From Priapulus caudatus (taxonomy: Eukaryota): a DNA stretch of 64,000 bases. The notes below the pieces were generated by a model. It saw only the letters and a program-made list of their open reading frames with translations. It was not told where the DNA came from and searched no databases. This document shows positions 26,270 through 38,815 of the stretch, piece after piece; within the stretch, counting starts at the first letter, position 1; every line of letters starts with the position of its first letter. The DNA is taken from NCBI RefSeq assembly GCF_000485595.1, contig NW_014577076.1, positions 533,674 to 597,673 of the forward strand, written 5' to 3'. The position numbers were made by a program, and so were the translations under genes.

Positions 26270-27469
26270 ATGGATCCTGTAGTAATCCCAGTCAGCAAAG
26301 GTCAGCTTAACGGTGTGATCAATGGTCAGCTTAATTGCATAATTACTGATCAAATGAATGGTGCGATCAATGATCAGCTTAATGGCGTAATTACTGATCA
26401 ACTGAATTGTGTGATCAACGGTCAGGTGAATGGCATGAGCATTGATCAGGCAAACAATGTTGGCAACAGTAACGGTGATACTGAGTCGGAGGTCAGCGAT
26501 CATCCCGGCTCACTCAGTAATGGCGTCGCCCCACCGTGCCACGTTCTCGTCACAGGTGGCGCCGGCTACCTGGGCTCGATGCTCGTGCCGATGCTGCTGC
26601 AAGCCGGCTACCACGTCACCGTCTACGACATCTTCGCGTTTGGCGTAGCGCCGCTGCTGAGCGTCGCCAGCGACCCGCGGCTGCGGCTCGTGCGCGGCGA
26701 CGTGTGCGACGAGCCGCACCTGGCGGCGACGATGCGCGCGTGCGACGTCATCATTCACCTGGCGGCGGTCGTCGGCTACCCGGCGTGCATGGCGGCGCCG
26801 GAGCGCGCGGCGCGCATCAACGAGGAGGGCACGCGCGCCGTTACGCGTCACCTGCAGCCGCACCACAAGCTCATCTACGCGTCGACGGGCTCGTGCTACG
26901 GCGCCGTCGATGGCGTCTGCACGGAGGAGACGGCGATCAGCCCGCTGACGCTGTACGGCCGCACGAAGGCGACGGGGGAGCGGCTCGTGCTGGAGGCTGG
27001 CGGCGTCGCGCTGCGCCTCGCCACCGTCTTCGGGCTGTCGCCGCGGCTGCGCCTCGACCTGCTCGTCAACGACCTGACGTGCCGCGCGCTCACCATCAAG
27101 CACTTTGCGCTGTACGAGGGCGGCTTCCGGCGCACGTTCCTGCACATCCGCGACGCGGCGCGCGCGTTCATGCTCGCCGTCAGCGACTACGGCAAGATGG
27201 CCGGCCGGCCGTTCAACGTCGGCGACGAGCGGCTGAACATGTGCAAGGCGGACGTCGCGGCGATCATCCAGCGGCTCGTTGCCGGATGCGTGATCACGGC
27301 GTCGAGCGACGGCGAGGACAAGGACAAGCGCGACTACGAGGTGTCGTACGCGCGCATCCGCAGCCTCGGCTTCCGCTCAACGCTCACGATCCAGGACGGT
27401 GTCAGCGAGCTGCTGAAGGTGCTGCCGTGCGCATCGAGTGGCGACCTCGCCAACTCGAAGAACGTGTGA
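26270..27469 (+). CDS. Extended SDR NAD-dependent epimerase/dehydrogenase, Cj1427-like (GDP-D-glycero-alpha-D-manno-heptose dehydrogenase-like), 399 aa, with an N-terminal 8-aa repeat extension
   Basis: [12 protein letters not shown]ossmann motif, [16 protein letters not shown], catalytic YGRTK (YxxxK), [22 protein letters not shown] and GEDKDKRDY. Strong G/C third-position bias. A splice acceptor (ttgttctgttttgcag) ends at 26256 and an in-frame TAG lies 12 nt before the ATG. Confidence 0.9.
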   Translation: MDPVVIPVSKGQLNGVINGQLNCIITDQMNGAINDQLNGVITDQLNCVINGQVNGMSIDQANNVGNSNGDTESEVSDHPGSLSNGVAPPCHVLVTGGAGYLGSMLVPMLLQAGYHVTVYDIFAFGVAPLLSVASDPRLRLVRGDVCDEPHLAATMRACDVIIHLAAVVGYPACMAAPERAARINEEGTRAVTRHLQPHHKLIYASTGSCYGAVDGVCTEETAISPLTLYGRTKATGERLVLEAGGVALRLATVFGLSPRLRLDLLVNDLTCRALTIKHFALYEGGFRRTFLHIRDAARAFMLAVSDYGKMAGRPFNVGDERLNMCKADVAAIIQRLVAGCVITASSDGEDKDKRDYEVSYARIRSLGFRSTLTIQDGVSELLKVLPCASSGDLANSKNV

Positions 27470-27804
27470 CGGTGGCGCCCTCCCCTGTTAGGCATCGTAA
27501 CCAAAGGTTCATGCCAATCTGCCTGTTGCGATGGTATTTTGGGGGGAAGGAGGACTGTGATGCAAATTGCATTTTCTTGCCATGGTGTAAAGGTCAAGCA
27601 TTTTATTTCCTTTCGTCACATTCTATCGTAGGATTATGTTGTGGCCTTTGAATCCTAGTCTGTGCATGCACCCGCTTGCCTAACACTTCTTACATATGCT
27701 GGCTGCACGTGTATAAGTGGAAATAGAGGCATATATTTAAAGAGCTTTTTCTTACAAAACACATGTTCATGTATGCACAAGTGTGCATAAACACTTACCA
27801 TACA

Positions 27805-28488
27805 CAGTCCTTGCGAAAAGCGTCGGACCGGCGGACAAAACCGGTGATTTTTGCACGGGTCGGACAAGAAATTTGGCTTTACCAGACCGTGTGTCTGGTA
27901 ACATTATATCAACTAATTATGCAGAGGCTACGGGTACGCCAGTACCACACACTATGCCTAACTCTAATATCCCTGCCTATGGCTATCTTATATACGCGTG
28001 TACCAAATTAATCTATGGTGTGGGAAAGCGATAGGAAGAGATTAGCTGTTATATGATAAAAGATAAGAAAATGATGACATGCGACGTGTGTGTGTGAACT
28101 ATCATGGGAAGTTTATATTACTATCACTGATTATACCTGGATCACACAACTGGACAAGGCCAAAGGCCTAGAAATAGGTGAAACCTACATTAATGACAAA
28201 GCTGGCAAGCAATGCATTGCTGATTGTACGCGTCACGAAATGGATGAAAAAATAAACGATGCTAGATTTTTCAGCTTTATCATGGACGCGTCAACAGACA
28301 TAGCTGGTGATGAGCAGGAAAGCATATATATGTTAGATATGTCCACAAAGGAAAAGCAACAGAGATGTGAATGTGTTTTAATGTTTCAATATTTTTTTGG
28401 TCCAGTAACATATCATTCGGTCTGGTAAAAATCTATTTTTTACTGGACCGAATGTCCAGTAAAGGATTTTGTCTTTTGGCGAGGACTG
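27805..28488 (+). mobile_element. Internally deleted hAT element retaining a transposase fragment; 6-bp TSD CATACA
   Basis: 16-bp TIR CAGTCCT(T/C)GC(G/C)AAAAG. ORF 28090-28428 contains KAKGLEIGETYIND...ARFFSFIMDASTDIAGDEQE, the first catalytic D motif of hAT/ZNF862-type transposases. Confidence 0.8.
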
Positions 28489-28742
28489 CATACATGCACA
28501 CGTGTACACGCACAAATACATATATACCATGAACACATCTATTCTCGTATTTATGTTTATATGCGTTAATACATTCATACTAACATATATAGTTTAGATA
28601 TGTTCATGCGCATATATAATATTGATGTACAATGAAATTATAGATAGTATTTTTAATATAATTTTACTGCTTGTAGTTTGACCATGTGTCACTAGCCATA
28701 TGTAATATCACGAACCTATATATGGATGATATAACATCATAT

Positions 28743-29421
28743 CAGGAGTAAGATAATATAGGAGGAGTATGACAGTCCAAAATACGTGAAATTCAACATT
28801 TGCTTGCCTAATTTTACCGATGATATATTACGTGCAACTCGATAAAAATTACATCTAAATTAGCGTTGGACATCCACCTCTCACTCAAACTTTACTTAGT
28901 TTCCATACCTCTTCTTTTTATGGAGATATAGCTTTGAACGTCACACATGGTTCATAGCTTTTGACTAGGCTTGTGGCTTAGCTTTCCTCGCCTTCCGAAC
29001 TGTTGTTATGAAGTGTGAGGAATGGTCTCTTGTCTGTTCACAAGAATGCCCCCTGTTGGCGGTTACGGTTACACGTACTTTCAAACCCCTTATCGCCACA
29101 GCCAACAGGGGGCATTCTTGTTAACAGACAAGAGACCATTCCTCACACTTCATAACAACAGTTCGGAAGGCGAGGAATGCTAAGCCACAAGCCTAGTCAA
29201 AAGCTATGAACCATGTGTGACGTTCAAAGCTATATCTCCATAAAAAGAAGAGGTATGGAAACTGAGTAAAGTTTGAGTGAGAGGTGGATGTCCAACGCTA
29301 ATTTAGATGTAATTTTTATCGAGTTGCACGTAATATATCATCGGTAAAATTAGGCAAGCAAATGTTGAATTTCACGTATTTTGGACTGTCATACTCCTCC
29401 TATATTATTATCTTACTCCTG
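28743..29421. mobile_element. Full-length P-like foldback MITE (CAGGAG...CTCCTG), ~320-bp near-perfect arms, 7-bp TSD ATCATAT
   Basis: Arms 28743-29060 and 29101-29421 with a 40-bp spacer; exact 7-bp flanking duplication. Confidence 0.85.
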
Positions 29422-29445
29422 ATCATATATATATACATATTATGG

Positions 29446-29779
29446 CAGGGTGCGAAATTAATGGGAGTCCGGAGTCAAATACTCCCTGATTTACTGGCGG
29501 ACTCCCTGATTTGACATATGCAGGAGTCCGTGTGACTCTCTGAAAATTCTTCCATACTAACTAGTTCGTTCCAGAGCACGGCCTCGCGGAATTACCATAT
29601 TTTTCAGCTAATGTCCAAAGAAAATTTGGGCAGACATGCAACCGCATGAATCTTAAAAATATGCACATGCGTTAATATCTTAAATTTTGAACCTCAGACT
29701 GCAGATTCCCTTTTTTGAGGGTGTGTGGACTCCGTCCCTCCGTTGGACTCCCGTGTTCAAAAGTTAATTTCTACCCCTG
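29446..29779. mobile_element. hAT-like MITE with 6-bp TSD TTATGG; second copy at ~49692-50030
   Basis: CAGGG...CCCTG termini, GGAGTC/GACTCC subterminal motifs, and a homologous copy in the KIF13 intron. Confidence 0.7.
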
Positions 29780-29795
29780 TTATGGTTTATATATA

Positions 29796-29816
29796 GTATG
29801 TGTGTGTATGTGTGTG

Positions 29817-29884
<68 letters not shown>

Positions 29885-29890
29885 TGTGTG
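29796..29890 (+). repeat. (GT)n/(GCGT)n microsatellite
   Basis: Direct inspection. Confidence 0.95.
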
Positions 29891-30857
29891 CTTGTGCGGT
29901 GCGGTGCTGAGCGTGTGTGTCTGAATATATTTTGTATTCACACTATGTTTATGATAATACTTGGAACCGCATTGCAGGGCCATCAGTATGGAAGCAATAA
30001 GGCAGTTGCTTTGGTCGGCTAGTCAGCAAGTAGATTTTAGCCTTGTTTGTAATGTTGTTCATTTTGAGTTTGTTTTCAGTCTTGGCAAGTCAACAAATTC
30101 ACACTTGGCAAGAATTATCACATTCGATAAATGTCATCACCAGTGTGTGATACTCGTGGTACTAGTGATACATCTATCTTATCACCCATAGGGTGTATAT
30201 AAATATATTTATCTTTCTGCTAAAATTATTAGTATGTTATGCCCAGTGTCCACAAGCATGCTGTAGTTGTAACGTCCTTCACTTTCACTCACTTTCCAGT
30301 CTTGGCAAGAAGAATGATACTTACTGCATTCGGTACACTTCATCATCAGTGTATGATACTCGTGACACCAGTGATAGTTCCCCACCATACACATCTTTCT
30401 TATTACCCTGGTAGTGTATATAAATATATTTATCTTTTTGTTGTTGAAATTAATTGCAATGGGTGGGGCGTGCAACGGAGCATAATATGTCATCACGCAC
30501 TCTCATTTGTGACTAATGATTCTAGCGGCGTCAATTGTGAGAGATTACTGGTGGCATATTATGTGATGGCATCTTTATGGGTGTCTCATATTTTGCCGAA
30601 TGGCATGACTGCGCATACCCGTGTTTATTGGCCTGTTGTAATGTAAATTACAATGGCGCTTGAGTCGCAGGTAGTGACACAAACAGCGATTACACAATCA
30701 ATGTAACCTGCAATTGCTTGTTACTCATTATCACACTAGTTCGTGATCGGCCGTGATCACAATTGATAGAATGTCATCCATGTGTGACGGGCTTAAATTA
30801 ATGTCCAATTTCTGTGAATATATTTTTAAGTTCAAAGATTATTCATGCAGTGTATTT

Positions 30858-32403
30858 TTAGCTTATCTGACATAGTCAGATGCAGCTTGTAGAATCGCAT
30901 GAACGTGCGTCCGTGCGTCCGTCAACAGTTCTAATCTAAACGGCTCGACGTACGGATTCGAAAGTCGGGACGTAGGGGGGTAATCCGAAAACGAGTTGGG
31001 ATGTCGAAGCTGGGGGTCAAAGGTCAAAGGTCAAGAGGTGTAAAAGAAGGGGCAACATTCCCTCCTTAACTTAAAGCCGCACTATGAGCATCTACACGCT
31101 AATTTCTCCAGTACTATACTAGCAAATACTTCGTGTCATGCAGAATCATACTACCTTATGACAAAATAAAGTCTAGTTCCTCCCATTCACTGCGCGTTGT
31201 CTTATAAAAGGCATTTGAAAATATCTCCAATGTTGTTCAAATTCTCCGATGTTGTTGACAGTTTCGCGTTGCTCTCCCAAGCAACCGTGCAGCGGTGCTG
31301 CGGTACAGCGGTACGGGTGTAGCAAAGAAAAAAAACGTGATGTCACCTAACCGCTTCGAGGCTAAATTGTTTGGCAAACAAGTCGGCGTTGGCGCCAGAT
31401 TACCAGATTTCGCACCTCTTTCTTGTGGGTTTTAAGCAAACGCGCAGTGAAATGGGAGGAACTAGAGTTTATTTTGCCATAAGGTAGTGTGATTATGCAT
31501 GACACGAAGTATTTGCTAGTCTAGTACTGGAGAAATTAGCGTTTGGATGCGCATAGTGCGGCTTTAAGGTATAGGGAGGAAATGCAGAATTGCGGCACAA
31601 ATCTAAACGGCTCGACCTAGGCTCGTGATAGTCGGTGTATAGCATCATGGTAGGAAAAGCAATCACTGTGCCGAAATTGGAGGTCACAGGTCAAAGGGCA
31701 GGGGGGAAAGGTCAGATATCAGACATTTTCTGAGGACATGGGCTAACGAACAGAGTGAAAAACTTTTTTGTTTCAGCGCTGACCTACCATTTTTATCACT
31801 TTATTGAAAGGACCATTAAATGTGCTTTCCACTGACGTGCGAAGAGTAAGTGTCTGATAACCTTTTGACCCTCAAGAGGAGGGTTAAACATGGATTCCTG
31901 AACTGCCTCAATGATGTTACAGTCATGGCACATCCATAATCTGCAAACCCAATATGCCTCGATAGCCTAACGGATACAGCACAGTATTACGGCTCAAAGG
32001 TCATTGGGTCGAATCCCATGCGATTTTTTATTATTTACCTGTTTTCTGTATTTTTCTATCTTTATCCATGCTTTCTTTCAAGGATATTCAATAAGGAAAA
32101 TATTTACATGATTTATTTACAACAAATTCATAACAACATATAATTTTTACAACAATTAATTTTTTTTTTTAATAGGGTTAGGGTTAGGGTCACAATGCAC
32201 CATAAAACAGGAGTTTCAGGCACGCGATTCATATCAACCAATGGGATTTGGGAGGTATGCAGAATGCAGAAGGTTGCTGAAATGATGTGTACGCAACTAC
32301 ATATCTGCGCCTTACAAAGGTCTCACTACGCACGACTTAAATGTTACGTTTATCATTCTAGCAACAGACCTCAGATGAGCCCAGACGCTCTGCGGCTCTA
32401 GTT
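30858..32403 (+). mobile_element. HINE/Helentron-associated element with nested insertions
   Basis: 5' tagcttatctgacatagtcagatgcagct plus (CCGT/GCGT)n; 3' tcagatgagc plus hairpin and ctagtt. Confidence 0.65.
31075..31563. mobile_element. TTAA-targeted MITE with AG...CT termini (Kolobok-like) and ~125-bp TIRs
   Basis: TTAA|AGCCGCACTATG ... CATAGTGCGGCT|TTAA. Confidence 0.7.
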
Positions 32404-35400
32404 AACATAAGAGTGATAGGCCGAGGATTGAGCAATTAGATAATTATGAGAAGTACATTGTTTGTCTAATTTCTTTGTAACTGGTAATTATTCACGCTGA
32501 GATAACTTGTTCTATGCTGATTGGTGACATTTTCCATAGTTTGTGGGCCATTGAAATGTATAATTAATTGTACTTGTTCGTGTTAGCTGATCAGTGTGCT
32601 ATACAGCTATGCAGAAATGTGTTTCATTTTCTTGTTCAACATTAGTATTTGCGGTTTTAAACGCGTTGAAAAGCAGATTGCTAAGGAAACTCATTGAGCT
32701 GGGGAAGAGTATATATATTTATGTTATTTTATGTCATATGCCTGAGCACATTATATATATCTTAATATGTAAGTCGTTTAATCATCTATAGGCTAAAGGA
32801 CCCGCTTGGGTTTTAGCTACGCCTATTTTTGTAGCTCGGAAAATGCTAAATGTATTGTGATTACAAAGTATATAAGAAGGTGAGGCTAGTTGCTAATCAG
32901 GGTAACTCGATACTTGTTAACATAATTTTAACTCGTGCGCTACTTAATTGTCGTACCCTTGAGGGCAAGAGATGCTTCTTCATTATCGATATAAAGTCGG
33001 TGCAATTACTTACATTGAAGTACAAATTGATCATTTACTTTCTTACGTACCACAGTGGAGTCAGGATGAGGAGCTGTAATCATGGTGAGAGATCGTGATT
33101 ACGATGCAGCCACGCTTTATTAATGTTGCGAAATGCTAGTGTCTAACGCAGTAAGTTGTTGTTGAGTGTTATTTACTGTACTCCCGGTGGTTTCTGTTCC
33201 AATTAAGGGTGGCCCAACCACTTTGCACGTTTCCTTGTACTCAGCAACAGTTTCAATCGGGTTAGATTACGTGGACGGTTCCAGAAAATTCTATGCAATT
33301 TCCCTATGTGCGCTTTTATGAATGTATATCCGCGAACTGAATTTCATTCTCATCGACTTCCCACGAACGTAGTCACTCTATAGAAACGTGAAAACGCATT
33401 GATCTTAAAGGAAATTTCCCCACTAGCACTTTGAATTTGCATGCAGTTATAGTTGGGTATGGTGCGCTATTAAATGGCAATGGGCAATATAAGCGACGTT
33501 AAGCAGTAAACGTACAGTATTAAGGAATCAAACTTCTACTACAATCATGTAAGGTATATTCAGGAGTAGGATTATAACATGTTGTCAGCTTACTACAGGT
33601 GTGCGCCTATTGTAATTCAGAACGCGCAAACATTTAGGCGGCCGTAAACGCCAATTTAGAAGTGCAAGGTCGGAGACCTGACCCGTAAGATTAATTATTT
33701 AATTGAGATCTTCGTAGTAGTGATATTACTAGAGACAGGTATAGTACTTTGTTTAAGATGATGGCGATGTTAGTAATGAAAGCAGATACTGCTGTTGTAA
33801 CGTGTGGAAGATATGCATAACAGGGAGTTCTATATCAGGTCGACTGTCTTTCAAATGAGCGTAATTCCGTGAGCTATGGTGTTTAAGTGGATGCAGTTAT
33901 GTGTCTCTTTTTGGACGGGTTTTTAGAAAACCAAAGGCGAGTGACTGTCAACTTAGAGCTTACTAACAAATCTTAAACAATAAAATAACACTTTAATATC
34001 TGTCTACCGCAGTTTGCAAGCGTTTCATGCATGTAGACGCCGTGGTCTCTCTTATATGTAACAAATGCAGAGACAATGCAGATGCAAAGAAGGTGGTCGT
34101 TCGCTTGTTGGATAGAATGTTCCCGGTAGGGGGGGAGGGGGCACTCACCCCGCATTATGGTAGGTATGTGCCACTGCGAAGTCAAAAATGGAGGGCTCTG
34201 GAACTAACTCAGACCTGAAAATGGGGGTCTCTGAAACTAATGTTTGTTGAATGTGGGATGCTCTGGAACTCGCAATGTTCGAAAATGGGGGTCTCCGGAA
34301 CTGTGGTGGAACTGTGATTTGCTTTAAAATCTATGCTGTAGCACTTGAACCAATAATTGTTGTATTATATACAGTTGTATTATGTATAGGAGAGAACAAC
34401 ATGACCCAGACAGAGATGAACGCACGCACGCACGCGCGCGCACGCGCACACACACACACACACTGATGAACTGGAACGGAAATGTTAAAAACTAGGGTCT
34501 CCGGAACGGCAAAAATGTAAGATCTGCATGGTAACTAAACCTATGATTCTCTGGAACAAGATGTTCTTAAAAATGCGATGCACTGGAACGGAAGTTTAGG
34601 GTTGAAAATGGGGGTTTCTTTCGCGGCACATACCTACCATGCAGTATATATGGAGTGCCCCCCCCCGGGAGAATGTTGGTTTTAATTAAGAAACCAATGA
34701 AACCACCGGTTGATGCTGGCTGGATTATGAATCTAGCAAAATTATAGGAAAATTGTTATAGGAACTGTTGTTTCCGAGGAAATGGTGTAGATCGGTGAAG
34801 TCGTTATTTATTTGTAAGCCAAGGTCTATGTATAGGATTTGCGTCTGGTAGTCGAAGGCGGCGGGCACATTGTGTTAAACGTGAGTAATTTCACTCAGGA
34901 TTTACATCAGAAAAATGATGCATGCGTCAAAATACTCACGTGTGCGCCCGATTTTCGTTGAGTTTTCTGACGCATGCATCAAGAAACTCGATATCAAACA
35001 TGTTTGATAATTTTTTACTCATGCGTCAAAATACTCACGGTGTGCGCGCTAGCTGCGTAAATTTACTCAACACTGGTACTCACATGGTAAATCATTGTGC
35101 GCCCAGTATGCGCACAGTCACGTGATCTACCTTACCACTTGAATTATACCTTGCATAGAGTAATTTTACTCACGTGTGCGGCGGACGCTGAAAATATTTC
35201 GCGTGAGTATTTTGACGCATGCATCATTTTACTTGGGTAAAATTACTCACGTGTGCGCCGGGCTTGAGAAAACAGCGAGGGGGAAATATCCGTTTATTCT
35301 GTGGATACGTTCAAAGTGCATATCATATGTAATGTGTATGAAAATGTATAACTATCATTCCTATTAAATCACGTGCACGCATGATTATCTGTAGTAGTTT

Positions 35401-38400
35401 GACTATTTTTTCTGATGTAGGCCAAACAACTTTCATGTGTGGTAGCAGTGACCGTGTAATGGACGTGAAAAAATAGTGGCGTTAGCGAAAGTAACGGTCG
35501 CCCTATAGTAGTGTTCATATGGAGTAGCCGAAGGTTTTTAATGATAAATTTTAAGACGCGCGTATTTTCTTCCGAATAGCGAAGAGTAGGCCTAGCTATC
35601 GCGTATTTTTCTTATTTGTATGAGGTAGATGAGAAATAACATATATTCGTATTCATATGAAATTTGGCAACTAGGCAGCTCAGTTTTAAAGTGAATGGCC
35701 CATTTGAAATCGCTCCTAGCATATCTTTCCTATTAAACATGTTTCTAATTGACTAATAGATTAATTTTCATATTAGTGGATGGTGTATCGCGTTGAACCT
35801 AATGAAACGCCAAAATGTATATTACCCCAGCAACCTAGCGTTCTAAGTTGATTAGTTTATTATTAATGGCGATGCTTATTAATTGAGCTATGCTTTACAC
35901 ATCTCGGAATGTGTCTCCCCAACATTCGTTCATCGTTCTTCGATCATCCTATCCGTCCACCCCTCACCATTCTTCTTATACATTTGTCGGTTTTGTAATG
36001 TCGCAATGCAGACAATGTATACATACTTGCATATTTAATAGATTCATGGCATAAGCATCCTGGAATAGAAGGAACAAGATAAATCGCACATGACTGTAAA
36101 CATCGCATATGACTATTCCAATACGTTACTGCTTCTTCTGCATTTATTAAATTGTTTGGTTGTCTTACTTTTTCAGTGAAAGCAAATCATAGTTATTCGC
36201 ATCGTTCTACTGTAAAACCTGAAATTTCTTTATCATATAATATGAGATATAAAGATCTAAAGCCTGGCGTCTATATACGAATATCACAGGATATAACTGG
36301 CAACGTATCGGCTCAGTATAGTAGGAGTAACCGGTTCTACATAGATCTCCAAACATCACGCACTATGACTAGAGAGAGGCTCCATAAGAGTATTAATAGT
36401 ATAATAAATATATTAATAGTATTAATAGTATAGAGTATTAATAATATATCAAATTTCTACCACAACCATGTAAGATATAACATTATTCAGGAGTAGGATT
36501 ATAACTTGTTGTCAGCTTACTACAGGTGTGTGCCTATTGTAATTCAGAACGCGCAAACATTTAGGCGGCCGTAGGCCTACTCCCTAATTTGAAAGTGCAA
36601 GGTCGGAAACATCTTTACAGACAAAAATTATACTATGACAACAAGCCTGGCGTCTATATACGAATATCACAGGATATAACTAGCTACGTATCGGCTCAGT
36701 ATACTGGGAATAACCGGTTCTATATAGATCTCCAAACATCACGCACTATGACTAGAGAGAGGCTCACGATTATGCTTATAACCAAGAGCGCATTGACACA
36801 TGACCATTGGTGATGGATCGGATTTGATTACAAAGACAAACTAATCATCGGTTATTTTTCCTATTTTAATCGTCACATGAACTCGTAATCGAAAGGCTGC
36901 AATTTATCGGTAATAAAATCTGTACATGTACCCGTACTCCCGTCAAACAATCATTGACAGATCATATCTCACGATTCACTTTGCTTTGGAACTCTTTTTA
37001 GATTATTCTTGATGGCCGATTTGTAAATTTTACACAAAAGTTGTTGTTTTTTCTCAAGAAAATTATAGCTATTTATTTCCTAACTGTTATTTCCTAGGAT
37101 TTTGTATATTGGAACTGTCGCTATCGATTCACGCTGAGATAGTATATCTTCAGGATACAAGTTGGATACTTTCCAGAAAGAACTTGAAGCACCATGGATC
37201 ACAACGGCACCTTAGACGTTAGCGGCGACCCCGTCCCGTCCCGTCCGCAAAATTTTTTTTCCCACTTGAGTTCCGGACCACAGCCAATCAGCGCACTCCA
37301 TTCACTCGACTTTCTCGATGCAACCTGAATGCACTGATCAATGTAAAATGAATACCTCCTATCCCTAACCGAACCCTAACCTTAACACGTAACCGAACCC
37401 TAACACTAACAATAATCCAACCCTATATATAAGAACCATTTATTACAAAACACTATCTATGGTGGGTCCGGAACTCAAGTGGGAAAAAAAATTTCGCGTC
37501 CCGTCCAACCCCCCCCCCCCCGCTGTATGGTATAATGTGTCTAACTTGTATCCTGAAGAAATCACTACGAAATAAATAACTGTAATTTTCTTGAGAAAAT
37601 GCAGATAAAAGGCAGAAGTAAGACGTAAGCATGTTAGAAGTAAAAGCACACGGATACCCATGCAGATAGAGAAAATTATGAATATAGAAAAATAGAATGA
37701 GTGTCCATTTTTTTATTTTGCCAGTTTTCGAGAGCATATGTTTCTTTTTCGGGCTTCGCAACGTTGTTATTGTTATATAGCTCGGAATAAGCCAAATAAA
37801 TTGTGGTCACAAAGTATGGAAAAGCCGACGTTTGTTGCTCTTAATTTATTTGCTGTCAGGGTAATTTGAAACTTGTTTACATAGTTTTAACCTGTGCACT
37901 ACTTGATTGTCGTACCCGCGAGAACGAGAGATGCCCCTTCATTATCGATCACGTTTGTGCAATTACTTACATTGAAGTACAAATTGAACATATCCTTTCT
38001 TATTTACCACCGTTGAGTCATGATTCGTAGGATTTCGTACATTGGAACTGTCGCTATCGGTTCACGCTGAGATAGTATATCTTCAGGATACAAGTTGGAT
38101 ACTTTCCAGAGAGAACTTGAAGCACCTTGGATCACAACGGCACCTTAGACGTTATAGGCGACCCCGTCCCGTCCAACCCCCCACGCTATAGGGAATAATG
38201 TGTCTAACTTGTATCCTGAAGAAATCACTACGAAATAAATAACTGCAATTTTCTTGAGAAAATACAGATAAAAGGCAGAAGTAAGACGTAAGCATGTTAG
38301 AAGTAAAAGCACACGGACACCCATGCAGATAGAGAAAATTATGAATATAGAAAAATAGAATGAGTGTCAATTTTTTTATGATGCCAGTTTTCGAGCGCAT

Positions 38401-38414
38401 ATGTCTCTTTCTCG

Positions 38415-38815
38415 GTACGTGTACGTGCACACGCACGCACGCACGCACGCACTCACGCACGCACGCACGCGCGCACGTGTACGAGCACACGCACACATGC
38501 ACGCACGTGTACGCACGCACGTATACGTGCACACGCACACACGCACGCACACACGCACGCACGCATGCACGCACGTTTACATACACACGCACACACGCAT
38601 GCATGCACGCAGCTGCACGTGCACACGCACGCACGTCTACGTGCACATGCATGCACGCACGCACGTGTACCTGTGCGGCTGTACACACAGTCGCACATAC
38701 GCACCAACGCACTCATGCACACACGTGTACTTGCACACGCACGCACGCACACACACACGTATGCACGCACGTGTACGTGCACACGCACGCACGCAGCACG
38801 CACGTGTACGTGCAC
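38415..38815 (+). repeat. Degenerate (CACG)n/(CA)n microsatellite
   Basis: Direct inspection. Confidence 0.9.

Noticed and set aside
26510..27651. Long overlapping ORFs (26536-27651 +, 371 aa; 26510-27145 -, 211 aa)
   Set aside because: Shadow frames of the GC-rich SDR CDS; Arg/Ala-rich with no recognisable domain.
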